Of a stretch of 64,000 nt of DNA, positions 38,922 to 51,520 are shown in pieces. Position 1 is the stretch's first letter. The number at the start of each line of letters is the position of its first letter. The notes under the pieces were generated by a model, which made no database searches, was not told where the DNA came from, and saw nothing but the letters and a program-made list of their open reading frames with translations. A program made the translations under genes and the position numbers. This DNA comes from the human T2T-CHM13v2.0 reference genome, Homo sapiens: NCBI RefSeq assembly GCF_009914755.1, contig NC_060933.1; one strand, given 5' to 3'.

Positions 38922-39271
38922 TGAATGAATGAATGGCATCGTATCTTCTCATTGTTGATTTTGAGGAAAAGGAGAAGAAAATGTCATGCAGGGGGCCTTA
39001 TCCCCACTCCCCAGACTCCCAGGAAAGGTCGAGGCCCATCCCCCTATAGCCCAGGGCATTGGCTGTGTTCGAGGCTGTGGCTCGCCTGCTGCTTTCCCCA
39101 GTGAGCCAGGTGCCCAGTCCTTCCATGTGGAGGCTGCTGGGGCCCCGGCAGCTTCTGAACATGCCCGTCTGAGGGCTGCAGGCCTTCAAGCTTTGCCCCA
39201 CACTCCCAGCCCCCCGTGTTGCTCTCACTTCCTAAAAAGGGGCCTCTCCAAACTCTTTCTCCTCTTCCCAG

Positions 39272-39325
39272 GGTCCTCCAGGATCTCGAGGCCCACCAGG
39301 CATGAGGGGAGCAAAGGGACGTCGG
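39272..39325 (+). CDS. COL27A1: Collagen helix exon, 54 nt (GPPGSRGPPGMRGAKGRR)
   Basis: cttcccag|GGT...CGG|gtaagt. Confidence 0.96.
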
Positions 39326-39574
39326 GTAAGTCGAGCCCAGCTCCTGGGGGCTGATGCTGGTGGGAGGGGGCACACTTGGAACAGGGCCATCTGCCAGAGA
39401 CTGCCTGGGCTTTGCCCCTAGCCCAGCTCTGGGATCTGTGACTTTCATAGCACAAGGCAAGGTTCTAGGCTCACCCTGGACCTGTCTCTAGGGGTGGGAC
39501 CCCACCCCTCTTTCCAACTCATTTCTCAGCCTTGCTATCCACCAGGCACAGTCGGGCTCTCCGGTACCAGTTCT

Positions 39575-39700
39575 TTGTTCATTCATTTATTCAACCAGCA
39601 CTTATTTAGCACCTACTGTCTGGCGGACACTGTTGGAGGCTCTACAGGTATTGTGGTGAACAGGACAGACATAACCCCTGCCTGCCCTTGTGAGCCAGTC
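39575..39700 (-). mobile_element. L2 LINE 3' end fragment
   Basis: ttcattcatttattcaaccagcacttatttagcacctactg...gtggtgaacaggacagac. Confidence 0.6.
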
Positions 39701-40089
39701 AACAAGTGAATCAAACCACTTGGCAGATGCAGATGATAAAATACAGGGTCATCAGCACATGGACTGAGGAAGTATTAGCAGCCTGGAAGCCCAGAGGAGG
39801 ACCCTACCTGGGCAGGGCACTAAGGAAGGACTTTAGGAGAGGGCAGTGCTTGAGCTGATGCCAGCTTCCTGGCAGGGGACTGGCAGGGGAAGACCTGAAG
39901 GTGATACAGGAGGTGGATGCTTAGGTATCCTCAGGGTCAAAAGAGGGACGAGGGAGAGGGATGGGGCTGGGACTTGGCAGGCACCAAGCGAGGCAGGGCC
40001 TCAAAAGCCACAGCTATACTCCAAGGGCATTGGGAGGCTGCAGGGGGTTTTAAACAAGGCTTCCCTGAGCAGTCACTGGAAGTAATCGC

Positions 40090-40395
40090 CAGCACTTAAT
40101 CTATGCCAGATACTGCCTGTCACACACATTAACTCATTTAATCCTCAACACTACCCTGTCATGTAGGTGCTATTCTCATTCCCATTTTATTATTATTTTA
40201 TTATTGGATTACTTAACCTTTCTCCCAGAAAGCCTTTGATTCCTGGGATAAACTAGGTGCTATGTGATTCAGCCCAAGCCCTGAACACCTCTGAGCCTCC
40301 ACTCCACTCCCAGAGAGGCACAGAAAGGTTGAGTCACTTACCTCAAGTTGCACAGCTAAAAAGTGGCAGAGCTGGGATTTGAACCCAGGGAATCT
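40090..40395 (-). mobile_element. MIR SINE interrupted by a copied ~115-nt segment
   Basis: ttaactcatttaatcctc...cccatttta [insert] gaggcacagaaaggtt...gctgggatttgaaccc. Confidence 0.75.
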
Positions 40396-43300
40396 GGCTC
40401 ATTTGCATACTGAATTCAGCCTTATTTTCAATCACACAGGGAGGGTTGACAGGATGGTCTGCCAGCAATAGGTATACAGGCGTGGGGCCGTGCAGCCTTA
40501 TTGTAAAGAGAAAGTGAGATGGTGCAGGTGGTGCCGGCAGCCCAGGCCTGATATCCAAGCTCCATACGGGGGGATCTGTGATTATTATTCTCCTCTTGGC
40601 TGGATTTCAAGTGGTTTTACAATTTCCCCCAAACCAGATGGCCTGAGCAGCCGGCCTGGAAGAGGGAAGATTAAAAGGCATTCCTGTGGCCCAGCAGGGT
40701 CCCTCCGGTGCCCATGTCCTCTGGGTGGGGGGGGGGTCTCTTCAAATGGGCCTTGGGCCAAGGGCAGCCAGGCTCCATCCGGATCCTCTGTACCTCCCCT
40801 CCTGCCCCAGGAAGCTGGATTTCCTGGAGGGTGAGCTGCATGGGCCCAGGCCCCCTGCCCTGCCTCAGGCGCGGGGCTCAGGCCCCCTTCAACTCACTGG
40901 GCTCCCTTCAACCATCTCCACCACCCCTTCCCAGCAGTGGCTTGAAGAACGTATTCCTGCTTAGGGAAACACAGGCTTCCAACCTCGTCAGTGTCTCCCG
41001 GGCTGGGAGGGGAGCATCAGGAACATGAGCCCCTCTCCCCACTGGGTTTGTCAGGAATGTACAACCTATGAGATCGGCCCCCTGGGTCTCCTGCCAAACA
41101 GGCTGCCCTTCGCCACCTCCTAGAGGAGGTGACTGAAGGTGGGGAACCTACAGAGGCACCCACCGTGCCTGTGAAAGAGCTTGATTCTGGGCAAGTCCTG
41201 ATCAGCTCCCGGTTTGCCCTGTGCCCTTAGCAAGGCCTTGTGGCTCTCTGTGCCTCAGTTTCCCCATATGTGCCACGGGGAATGGGCCTGGAGGTCTGAA
41301 AGGCCTTGCCTGCTTTCCTGCCTATGTGTAGGACGGGCCCTGCTCCCCACCCCACCGCCCACCCAAGGAAGAATGAGCACTGAGAGTTGATGGCCAGGGG
41401 CAAGGGAGGCTCTCATCCTCTGTTCTTGGTGAGGACGCTGACTAGAACCTGGGCCCACCAGCCCCAGTGAAAAGAATGAGGACTCTGGGGTCAGATGGGC
41501 CTACGGCAAGTCTCAGCACCCCCGGTTCCCAGCTGTGGAACCCCAGGCCGGTTTCTTAACCTCTCAGAGCCTTTCTCCCACCTGCTCAGGTTAGAGACTT
41601 TAATTCCTCCTTCCGAGGGGGTCGTAAGGACCCCAAGATTCCAATGCCTCGGGCCAACTCTTCCCCTGCCTGTGGGTGTTAGAGCTTAGCAGACCTTACC
41701 CAAATCCAGGCTCTTCCTCTTGGATCTTAGACCTTGGGCCACTGATTTCCCATCCCTGAGCCTTCACTTCCCCCTCCGTAAAACGGGTTGGCAACAGAAC
41801 AAAGCTGGTGGGCTGGCTGTGGGGACTCAGTCACTGCCTGAGCACCTTGAACTTGCTGCAGGGTGGCAGCACGTGATGGTGTGTGCTCATTCCCGCTTGT
41901 TCATCGGCCCCTTTTTCACAAGAGCTGTGGTTGGCCAGATTTTCTGTCCCAGGCAGGAGCTCCTCCCCACCAAGCCTGATCCCCAGGCCTGGCTGGAGGG
42001 CAGTCTCCAGCGTGCCTGCAGACATCTTCCTCGAGGAGCGGATACAAGAGAGCAGACATGTAGCTCTGATAGAAACCCAAGCTTCCCTCCAGCAGGCGGG
42101 GCGGGGGTGGGCCTGCCCAGGTTCATTTAGGGAAGGAGGCAGCAGGACTGGGGAACCTGCGGGATGAACTGTTGAGTGGCCCAGAGCAAGGGTTAGAGTG
42201 TGCGGCTGTTCTCGCCCCTCTCCCTGCCCTGTGGGGCTGGGGAGACAGGGTGGCTGGTGGCCCCACTACTGCCTCCTCCTCTCTCTTAAGCCAAGCCAGC
42301 TTCTCCCGGGTTCTCTGGTGCTCTGCTGGGATAGTGAGTTCTCTCAGATAAGAGGGATTTTAGATATTGTCTTCTCCAACACCAGGCCCCAGTGTGCAGC
42401 CTTCCTGGCAGGATCCTCTGGGTCCTGACCTGTATACCCCCGGTGACGGGGAGCTCACTCCATTTCTGAAAAACAGTGACAGGTAGTGGTGAAAAAAATG
42501 GATGTCCAGCTGACTTGGTCTCAAATTCTGGCTCCTCCATTTCCTAGCTGTGTGACCATAGGCAAGTTCACCACCATCCTGAGCCTGTTTCTGTCCCTGT
42601 GAAAGGAGGATAACAGCTTTCACTGCTCCTGCGGTGGCTGCTACTGCTCTATTATTATTTGATGACTTAACCTTTCTCCCAGAAAGCCTTTGATTCCTGG
42701 GATAAACAAGGTGCTATGGGCTTCAGGCCAAGCCCTCAACACCTCTGAGCCTCCACTCCCCTCCCAGAGCTATCCCTTTCTAGGGAGGTGTATGTCTCAG
42801 CGAGAGACAGAGCCCAGAGCCAGAGATCATCCCTCAGGAGGGTTCAGTTGTCTGCCATCAGCTCAGCCCCTGTCCCAGCTCCCATGACCTGACACGGCCC
42901 CACCCCATGTGGCTCCAGCTCCGCCAGGCCTGTGCCCATGAATCACGGGTGTTAAGCCTAATGACATGGTGTGACAGTGTCCACGTGAGCCTGAGACTGA
43001 GGCCCAGAGAGGAGATGGGGCTTTTCGGGGTCACACAGCAAACCAGCAACAGGCTACGGCTAGCACCTGAGCCCCGTAATGCCCACTAGAGATGGCTTGT
43101 TTAGGGGTTCATCAAACTGCAGCTTGAATCTGAAAATTCTCAACTGGTTTTACACAGCATAGTGTGAACTGCCTGAGGAAGGGACTGAGCCCAGATTCCC
43201 CAAGCCACTCCTGTGTCCCTGCCTCTGGGGAGGCTGCCCCCTCCCCTGGCAGAGCCTGGCAGGGATGGAACTAGCCATTCTTAAGCACTTTCTGCGTGCC

Positions 43301-43613
43301 AGGCACTGAGCTGCCTGTGGGCATCGCCTCCTGTCTTGAGGGAGAGATTTCTTGTGCCCATTTCAGAAAAAAGAAATGGAGTCTCAGTGAGGAGCAGTCA
43401 CTTGTCCCCAGACACATTTCCTGAGCAGCCCGGTGCCTAGGGCTGGACCCCACAATGGGCACCAGGCCCTGGGCTTGGGGATGCTGAGGACAGCGTCTCC
43501 CAGCTGAGCCTTGGCCTTGCCCGGTGGCTCCCTGTTCCAGGATTATTTGATCAGTGGGGTGCTCTTTAAGGCTGCGGTGTGGGATTGAAGCATAGGGAGC
43601 TCCAGGCAGCTGA

Positions 43614-43971
<358 letters not shown>

Positions 43972-45089
43972 TTCCGCCACTGTGCCCAGCCTTCCTTGTT
44001 TGATTTTTAAATGATTTTTCTTCATTTAGTTTTCTTATTCCCCATCCTCTCCCACCTAGACACTTCCCCAGTTCCTTTTATCTGGGGGAGTATTGCGGGC
44101 TGATCCCCTGGGCTCCCGGGCCAGGATGGGCTGGCCTCCTCCACAGGACACTCCTGTCCTCCCAACACAGACTGCTTGAGACCCCCTAGAGAACACAGCC
44201 TGCTCTGTTTTCCACGGGTTTTTTCCAGGAGAGCCCAGCCCATCTGCGTCTCTGTGGGAGCGGCCCTGGAGGGGACACACGTGGGGCAGTGGGTGGAGCC
44301 CACATGGGGGATGAGAGCGGCTAATGTGTTAGGGACCTTAGCTAAGTCACTTCCCTTGGCTGGGCCTTAGTATTCCCATCTGTGCAGGGGGGATGGGGGT
44401 GGACTCCACCTGCCCCTGGGGTCTCCCAGCAATCAGGGACCAAGACTCCTGTGTCAGGGGTCAGGCCTGAGCCCAGGGCTCCAGGGAGCAGTAGCCTGAC
44501 TCCCACTCCCTCGTGCAAAATCCTGCCCTGTTCCTGCCCCCACCTCATGGGCTCTTCCTCTGTGAGCTGGGCTGTATTCGTTGTACGTCTGGCTAGAGAT
44601 GGGGCTGCTCCACACATCTGGGAAGGACATGCAGGTTCTTCCCAGGTCCTGCTCTGTCAGTTTCCCCTGAGGGCTGTTTCTGCCCCGTGTGTGCTCTGGG
44701 AATGGCACATGGCAGCAGAGTCTGAAGAGTTGGCCGTGTGGACGTGGCCACGTGTAACTCAATTGCGGCCCTCAGTCTCCACGTCTGTGAAATGGATTGG
44801 CTGGGTGACCCCCAAGGTCTCTCTGAACAGGGCCATTAGTGCCCCAGCCCCCTTCTGGAAGCATCAGCCTCTAGCTGAGTCTACTCATGCTGCGGCCTCT
44901 GCAGAGCTGTCTCGAAGGCGCTGCACGAGGGTGACCACCTCAGTGGGGAGTGTGTGGGAAGTGGGAGGAGGAGGGGGCCGGAGCTTGTGCAGGGGAAGGC
45001 CCCAGGCTTGGAGCAGCCCCGCCCTCCTGGTTCTCGGCCCGAGGGAGACCCCTGCTGTCCGGTGTGCTAGTCCCTTTTTCCTATTCCAG

Positions 45090-45143
45090 GGCCCCCGAGG
45101 ACCGGACGGACCAGCTGGGGAGCAAGGGTCCAGGGGCCTGAAG
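45090..45143 (+). CDS. COL27A1: Collagen helix exon, 54 nt (GPRGPDGPAGEQGSRGLK)
   Basis: tattccag|GGC...AAG|gtaccg (weak donor). Confidence 0.94.
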
Positions 45144-45658
45144 GTACCGACCCCTAGGACCTGCCCTTCCTCACTCCTCCGACACTGGGTCAGGAATCGT
45201 GAACAAGGCTCACAGCTCCTCAGAACAATGCCCCTTAGGGACAACAAAGGGAGCCCCATGGAGGCTGCAGGGCTCTTTCTGAGAGCTTAGCCCTTCCACT
45301 CCTCCTGACCCCTCACTGCAAGCCCAATAAAGAGAAAGCAAGAAAGGAGGAGGGAGATCATACACGTCCTCAGACCCTTTCCCCGGACCCCAAACCCCAC
45401 CAGGCCCCTGACAGCTGAGACTGCTTCTGGCAGCCCCATCCCTAGGAAGGGGTCCTTGGTTCTCCACCTGGAGCAGCTGGTGACGGTGGCGAGCCACTCC
45501 CCTTGTCAGGCCTTAGTTTTCCCATCTGCACCATGGAAAGGGGGCAGACTCTGTGGCCTCAAACGGGTTCCTTTTATCTCCCATGTGGAGGGGTCCCTTT
45601 TTGGGGAACGGTCCTCCCAGGCACCCTCTCCCACCTTCACGTGCTCTGCTTCCCACAG

Positions 45659-45703
45659 GGCCCTCCAGGACCCCAGGGCAGACCGGGCCGGCCTGGACAG
45701 CAG
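45659..45703 (+). CDS. COL27A1: Collagen helix exon, 45 nt (GPPGPQGRPGRPGQQ)
   Basis: tcccacag|GGC...CAG|gtatgt. Confidence 0.96.
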
Positions 45704-45800
45704 GTATGTCAGGCCAAGGCCAAGCAGGCCAGCTGCAGGCCCCCTCCCTGCTCCGTGCTTTGTGATCTGAGCCTGTAATGACCCCCACATGTGCTTCCAG

Positions 45801-45845
45801 GGTGTGGCTGGTGAGCGAGGCCACTTGGGCTCGAGAGGCTTTCCT
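45801..45845 (+). CDS. COL27A1: Collagen helix exon, 45 nt (GVAGERGHLGSRGFP)
   Basis: gcttccag|GGT...CCT|gtaagt; follows a 97-nt intron. Confidence 0.95.
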
Positions 45846-46156
45846 GTAAGTAGCACCAGTTCTTGAAATTCTCTACATGGGGCTTTTGATGGGGGTGGGG
45901 GGCGGGTGCGGTGCTGATAATAACCACTTTTACCAAGTTCCTGTCCTTCTGTGGAAACCCCGCAGGTTCTGGTTGCCCACCTGCCCTGCACTGAAGCTCC
46001 TCCAGCACATCCTCTCTTCTCTGGGTCTCAGCCTTCCCATCTGTCACCCGGTGTGGGAGGAGGGGACCCAAATACACTAGGATGGCTTGCTTGAAATCAA
46101 GACAGGGCAGAGAAGGCCATGGAGGGCCTAAGGTCACCTTTACCTTGTCTCTGCAG

Positions 46157-46210
46157 GGCATCCCGGGTCCCTCAGGCCCCCCAGGCACCAAGGGCCTCCC
46201 AGGAGAACCG
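46157..46210 (+). CDS. COL27A1: Collagen helix exon, 54 nt (GIPGPSGPPGTKGLPGEP)
   Basis: ctctgcag|GGC...CCG|gtaaga. Confidence 0.96.
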
Positions 46211-47299
46211 GTAAGAGCCCTTTCCTTCCCTCTTCTGCTTCTTTGCCGCTGGCACCTGGGGGTGTGGGCCAGGTGGTCAGATAAGGAGAAGGGTTGGAAA
46301 GGGACCATGCCTGGCCTCTAACCCGCTGTGGGCCAGGCCTTGGGGTTGGTGGCGAGCACTAAGCCAGGAGCTCTGGGTTTGAGGCTCAGCTCACTTGGCC
46401 TCCAGCCTGTTTTCTTGCCAGGAAAATGGGGGTGATTGTCTCTGCCTTGCCATTCTGTTGTGAAGATGAAATGCGAAAATGTATAGGGAGTGCTTGGCAC
46501 AGGGAAAGGCAGGAGGGAGGGAGGTGAAGATAAGAGTAAACGAACAAGCTGACCGGGAACTGCAGAGTCCAGCATGGCTGAAGTGGAAAGCGGGACCTCA
46601 GAAAGGGCAGGAGGAGGCAGCAGGCTCCAGTCGCCCAAGGCCACGGGGACACTGTGCTTTTTATCCCAAGGGCAACAGGGAACCATGGAAGGGCTTGAAG
46701 CAGAAAGGGCGATCAGCTTGCCTTCCAGAAGATGTCCCTGGGAGGACAGGTGTGGGGGGACAGTCCAGGAACCCCATGAGGAGGCTGGAGAGTGGTGCTA
46801 CAAGAGATGGCAGAGAGAGGACAGAATCTCCAGGGGGCTAGAAGGATGACTCCTGCACAGGGCAGGGGAGGACAGGAGGCTCCCATCCTCAAGGCCGCTG
46901 CTGCATTCCCACATCTTGAGGCCCAAGGAGTCACCCTTTTGAACAGTGGGTTGGCTGGGGTTGGGGGTTTCCAGACATGGATCCGAGGTGGAAGAGCGTT
47001 CCAGGCAGGGGCAACAGATGAGCAAGACTCAAGAGCTAGGAGGTTTCTGATCAGGGAGGGCCCCCTGGGCTTTAGGTGGGTGGATAGGAGAGTGTGCAGC
47101 TGTGTTGGAGGGAGTATGACAGATACCAGTGATGAAGAGGGGCTGCAGACACCAGGACCCTCGGTGTGGCTGGGGCGGACTAGGGGTGTGCTTCAGAGTC
47201 CCCAGTTCTGGGGGTCAGCTCCCTCATTCACCCCTCCAGATCCCAAAGAGGGCCCAGGCTGACCTCTCCCAACTGTCTGTGTGTCTGTCTGTCTTCCAG

Positions 47300-47353
47300 G
47301 GCCCTCAGGGACCCCAGGGGCCAATTGGGCCTCCAGGAGAGATGGGACCCAAG
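47300..47353 (+). CDS. COL27A1: Collagen helix exon, 54 nt (GPQGPQGPIGPPGEMGPK)
   Basis: tcttccag|GGC...AAG|gtgagt. Confidence 0.96.
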
Positions 47354-48238
47354 GTGAGTGTGAGAGACCCTTATTCGTCCCATGATGCTGCTGGGGATGT
47401 ATCAGCCCTTCCCTTCCCTCCTCCCCAGGAGCCTCTTTCTGCCATTCCCTGTCCTGGCCCAGGGAGATGGTCATGTACCGTGTAGTTCAGAGAAGGGTGG
47501 ACGCCCTGGCAGAGAGGGTAGATCCATCCTGGTGGCATAGGTTGAGGAGCTGGCTCCTAGTCCAGGGGCATTGGGTGGGACACAGAGGTACCAGGACCCT
47601 TGTGGGGGTTGGCATTGCCTCTTTGGGCATCACTGGAAGCATGGATGCTTCCCAACCTTGACCTTGCTGGGACTTTGCCCCAGCAGAGGTTTGACTGTCC
47701 ATCCAGCCCCCAAGGGTCATGCAGCAAGGAACTTGGAAGGAGCCTCGCACACCCCTGCCTTATCCAGAGGGAAAAACCAAGCCCCAGGGTTTATGCAAGG
47801 GCTGCAGCCATGCCCACGGTGATAACTCAGGGCTGCTTCCCACCCGCCTCACGCTGGCTAAGCTGTAGAGAGAAGGCTTAGAATCACTTGGCCCTAAACA
47901 CAGCATCCAATGGCTTCCTCCCCCGTCTTTTTGTGAATCATGAAATTTTCTTCCCTCTGCTTGCCAAAGGGCTCCTAGTGTGGTAAACCACACTTGTGGG
48001 GCGGGAGAAGGCTCTAGAAGCCTCTGGGTAGTCCCAAAGCTCAGCCAGCCTGGGCCCACCCCCAGCCCCCTAGTTCCAGCTCCAAGCTCCAAGAAGCTAC
48101 AAGCTGCTCCCACCTCTGCATCTCTTGCACTGTGTGACCCTGGGTGTTCTCTTGCCCTCTTGGAGCCTCAGTTACCCCCTTGCTTACAACCAGGGGGCAG
48201 CTCTTGCTCTAGGAGGGACCAATGGCGTTTTCTTTCAG

Positions 48239-48292
48239 GGGCCGCCTGGTGCAGTGGGAGAACCGGGCCTTCCTGGGGAAGCCGGGATGAAG
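48239..48292 (+). CDS. COL27A1: Collagen helix exon, 54 nt (GPPGAVGEPGLPGEAGMK)
   Basis: tctttcag|GGG...AAG|gtgagg. Confidence 0.96.
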
Positions 48293-48878
48293 GTGAGGTG
48301 GGATGAAAGAAGAGAAAAATGACTTGTTGAAACCAGCTCCCAGATGGTGGCCACATCCTCTCCATGGAAGAGAAATGGGCCTTTCTTGTGGCTGGGATAA
48401 TGGGTTCTCTGTGCTCCTGGCTGGGGAGTGGGGCCTGGTTAGGGCCAGAGTGGAATGTGGAGCCCCCACCAGTGCCCTCTGCGAGGTAATGTTTTTTCGG
48501 GCACCTGCCCCTGCCTCTATGCTGGGGTGGCTGTACCTCCTGGCCTCATGCGATACCATCTGCAGCTCGGTGCCAGTGCCCTTCATTACCTGCTGAGAAA
48601 CAGGTGCCCATTGATACATGGACTCTGGGGAGAGCCCCCTCCCCATTCTGCTGTTGGAAGAGGACGCTGTTCCCCCTTGGAGGCCCCAGAGCTGATGAGT
48701 GATGCTGGCTAGCCCGTGGACATTGTTGAGGCAGGGCCCAGGGGAGCCCGCAGAGGGGCTGTGAGACTTGAGTCCAGTCACCCCCTTCCATGCCTAAGTC
48801 TCCCTGTCATTCAAAGAGGGAGTTGGACCAGGCCGGGGGCTGCCAGACTTGGCCTAGTCCCAAAATCCCTTGCTCAAA

Positions 48879-49147
48879 CACCAATGAAGAAAACCACCCC
48901 ACGTAGAAAACTGATAGAAGTGGGATTGTTTCCACTGGAGCAGGGCTGGGGGCTCAGAGCTCTGCCCTCCTCCTGTGCCCCTAGACACCAGCAGGGAGCA
49001 TAGCTTGAAAATTCACCAATGAAGAAACCACCCCACATAGAAAACTGATAGAAGTGGGATTGTTTCCACTGGAGCAGGGCTGGGGGCTCAGAGCTCTGCC
49101 CTCCTCCTGTGCCCCTAGACACCAGCAGGGAGCATAGCTTGAAAATT
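48879..49147 (+). repeat. Tandem duplication, 135/134-nt units
   Basis: caccaatgaaga...gcatagcttgaaaatt twice; 2 differences. Confidence 0.95.
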
Positions 49148-49339
49148 CTCCAATGAGAAAGACCCTTTTAGGGCCTTTATGCAGGGGGCAGGTGACATTT
49201 ATTCCGGCTCATTTAGGGCTTCCTCCTCGTTTGGGTTTCTCTTCAAGTCTCTCAAGGAAGAATAAAGTCACATAATTGCCATTGCTGCATCCAAGGCTCC
49301 TGGAACCAGACTGCCCAGGTTCGGATCATGAATCTGTCA

Positions 49340-49720
<381 letters not shown>

Positions 49721-49981
49721 TTATTAATAGGATGATGGTGTTGGTGTTGGTGCTAATTGTCCTCCTGTCCTGGCGTGGGAGAAGAAGTCCGTGGACAAGG
49801 CTTACTTGGAACAGGAGCTCTGGTTGGTGTTTTACGATTTCTCTGTGGTCCCTGGGAAGAAGGACCTTCCCCAGCTCCTCCTCCCACACCCCAAAGTCAG
49901 AGCTGGTGGAAACAGGAAGGGGTGTCGAGAGCTGGGGCTGGCCCTACCCACCCGCAAGGACTTTTGTTCGGCTTCTCCTAG

Positions 49982-50035
49982 GGTGACCTTGGACCCCTGG
50001 GCACTCCTGGGGAGCAGGGCCTCATTGGGCAACGG
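49982..50035 (+). CDS. COL27A1: Collagen helix exon, 54 nt (GDLGPLGTPGEQGLIGQR)
   Basis: tctcctag|GGT...CGG|gtaagt. Confidence 0.96.
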
Positions 50036-50165
50036 GTAAGTTGAAGCAATTTATTCTTCCTGAAAGCCCCCAGGGTGTGTGGGTGCCGCAGGGGAAGAGA
50101 CCGGCTTTTCTCAATCTCCCTAAGCCTCAGTTTCCTCAGTTACAGAAATAGACTATGAATGTCTA

Positions 50166-50438
<273 letters not shown>

Positions 50439-51466
50439 CTATGCCCACTGTGTGTCGAGCACTTTTCTCGAGGCACAAGGAGCACAGCAGTGAGTAACGG
50501 AGGCCTGTCTCTGGAGCTTGCATTCCAGCGGGTTGATAAGTGATACCTGCCATGGGTACAAGAGGAGCACGGACCACCCAACTGGCACATCGTTGCCATC
50601 CTGCACCTGACGGCCCCTGAGGCCCTTTCCAGCTCAGACTCTGAACAACGATGAATTCTAAAAGCAGAGAGAGACCCAAACTTAATTTGATGGCCATTTC
50701 AAGAACTGTTGTCCAGGGGCGTCTCTAGAGCTGGAAGGGCAAGCCTGGTTGAGGTTCAGCCAGGGACTCTGTTCTTGCTGTCATTCCCGAGCTTGCTGAG
50801 AAGAAAAGTCGAAAGACTGGCCTCCCTTTCCTCATCTGAGAAGTAGGATTCCACCAAGGAGTTCCATGCAGGCTTACTCCAGCTCCAGTAATAGTATCTC
50901 ACATGGCTGCCAGGTATGGGGCGCTTACACCATGCCTTACAGCAACCCTTGAAGAAGGTGGTGTCAGCCCCATTTTTCAGATAAAAAAACAGATGCCCAT
51001 GAGACCTAAGTAGTTTGCTTGCGGTCAAACAGCCAGTGAATGAGAAACCAAGAAGTAGCATTGACGTCTGGCTGATGTCAAAGCCTGTCTTTAACTACTA
51101 GGCCACTCTGCAGCCCAGCCAACCAGCCTAGAGATGATGTTCAGGACAAATCCATGACAAGCACCTTCTAAATTCGTGACCTCATGTAGCCCCCACCCCA
51201 CGTCACCCTGCAGAGGGAGCTGTCGGTAGCTTGGGGGTCTGCTCCCCTTTTCTGGAGAGCCGAGGGTGGGCACCTCAACCTTCCTGTTCATTTGCTAACT
51301 CAGCCCCTGGCTACCATGCACCCACTGTGTGCCAGGGCCCCCAGGGTCCCACTGCCTGGAGATCCATGGGTCAGGGTCCTGCCCCAGGGAGGGGGAAGAG
51401 AGGAAAAGCACACCGGGGCCTCCTCCCCAGTAACATCTCCTCCTCTTTCTCCATCACCTTTTCCAG

Positions 51467-51520
51467 GGAGAGCCAGGCCTTGAGGGTGACAGTGGCCCCA
51501 TGGGACCTGATGGGCTGAAG
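51467..51520 (+). CDS. COL27A1: Collagen helix exon, 54 nt (GEPGLEGDSGPMGPDGLK)
   Basis: ttttccag|GGA...AAG|gtaagt. Confidence 0.96.

Noticed and set aside
44382-45290. 302-aa ORF in frame with the 45090 exon
   Set aside because: Only the 54-nt Gly-X-Y part is bounded by splice signals; the rest is non-collagenous open frame, expected by chance in GC-rich DNA.
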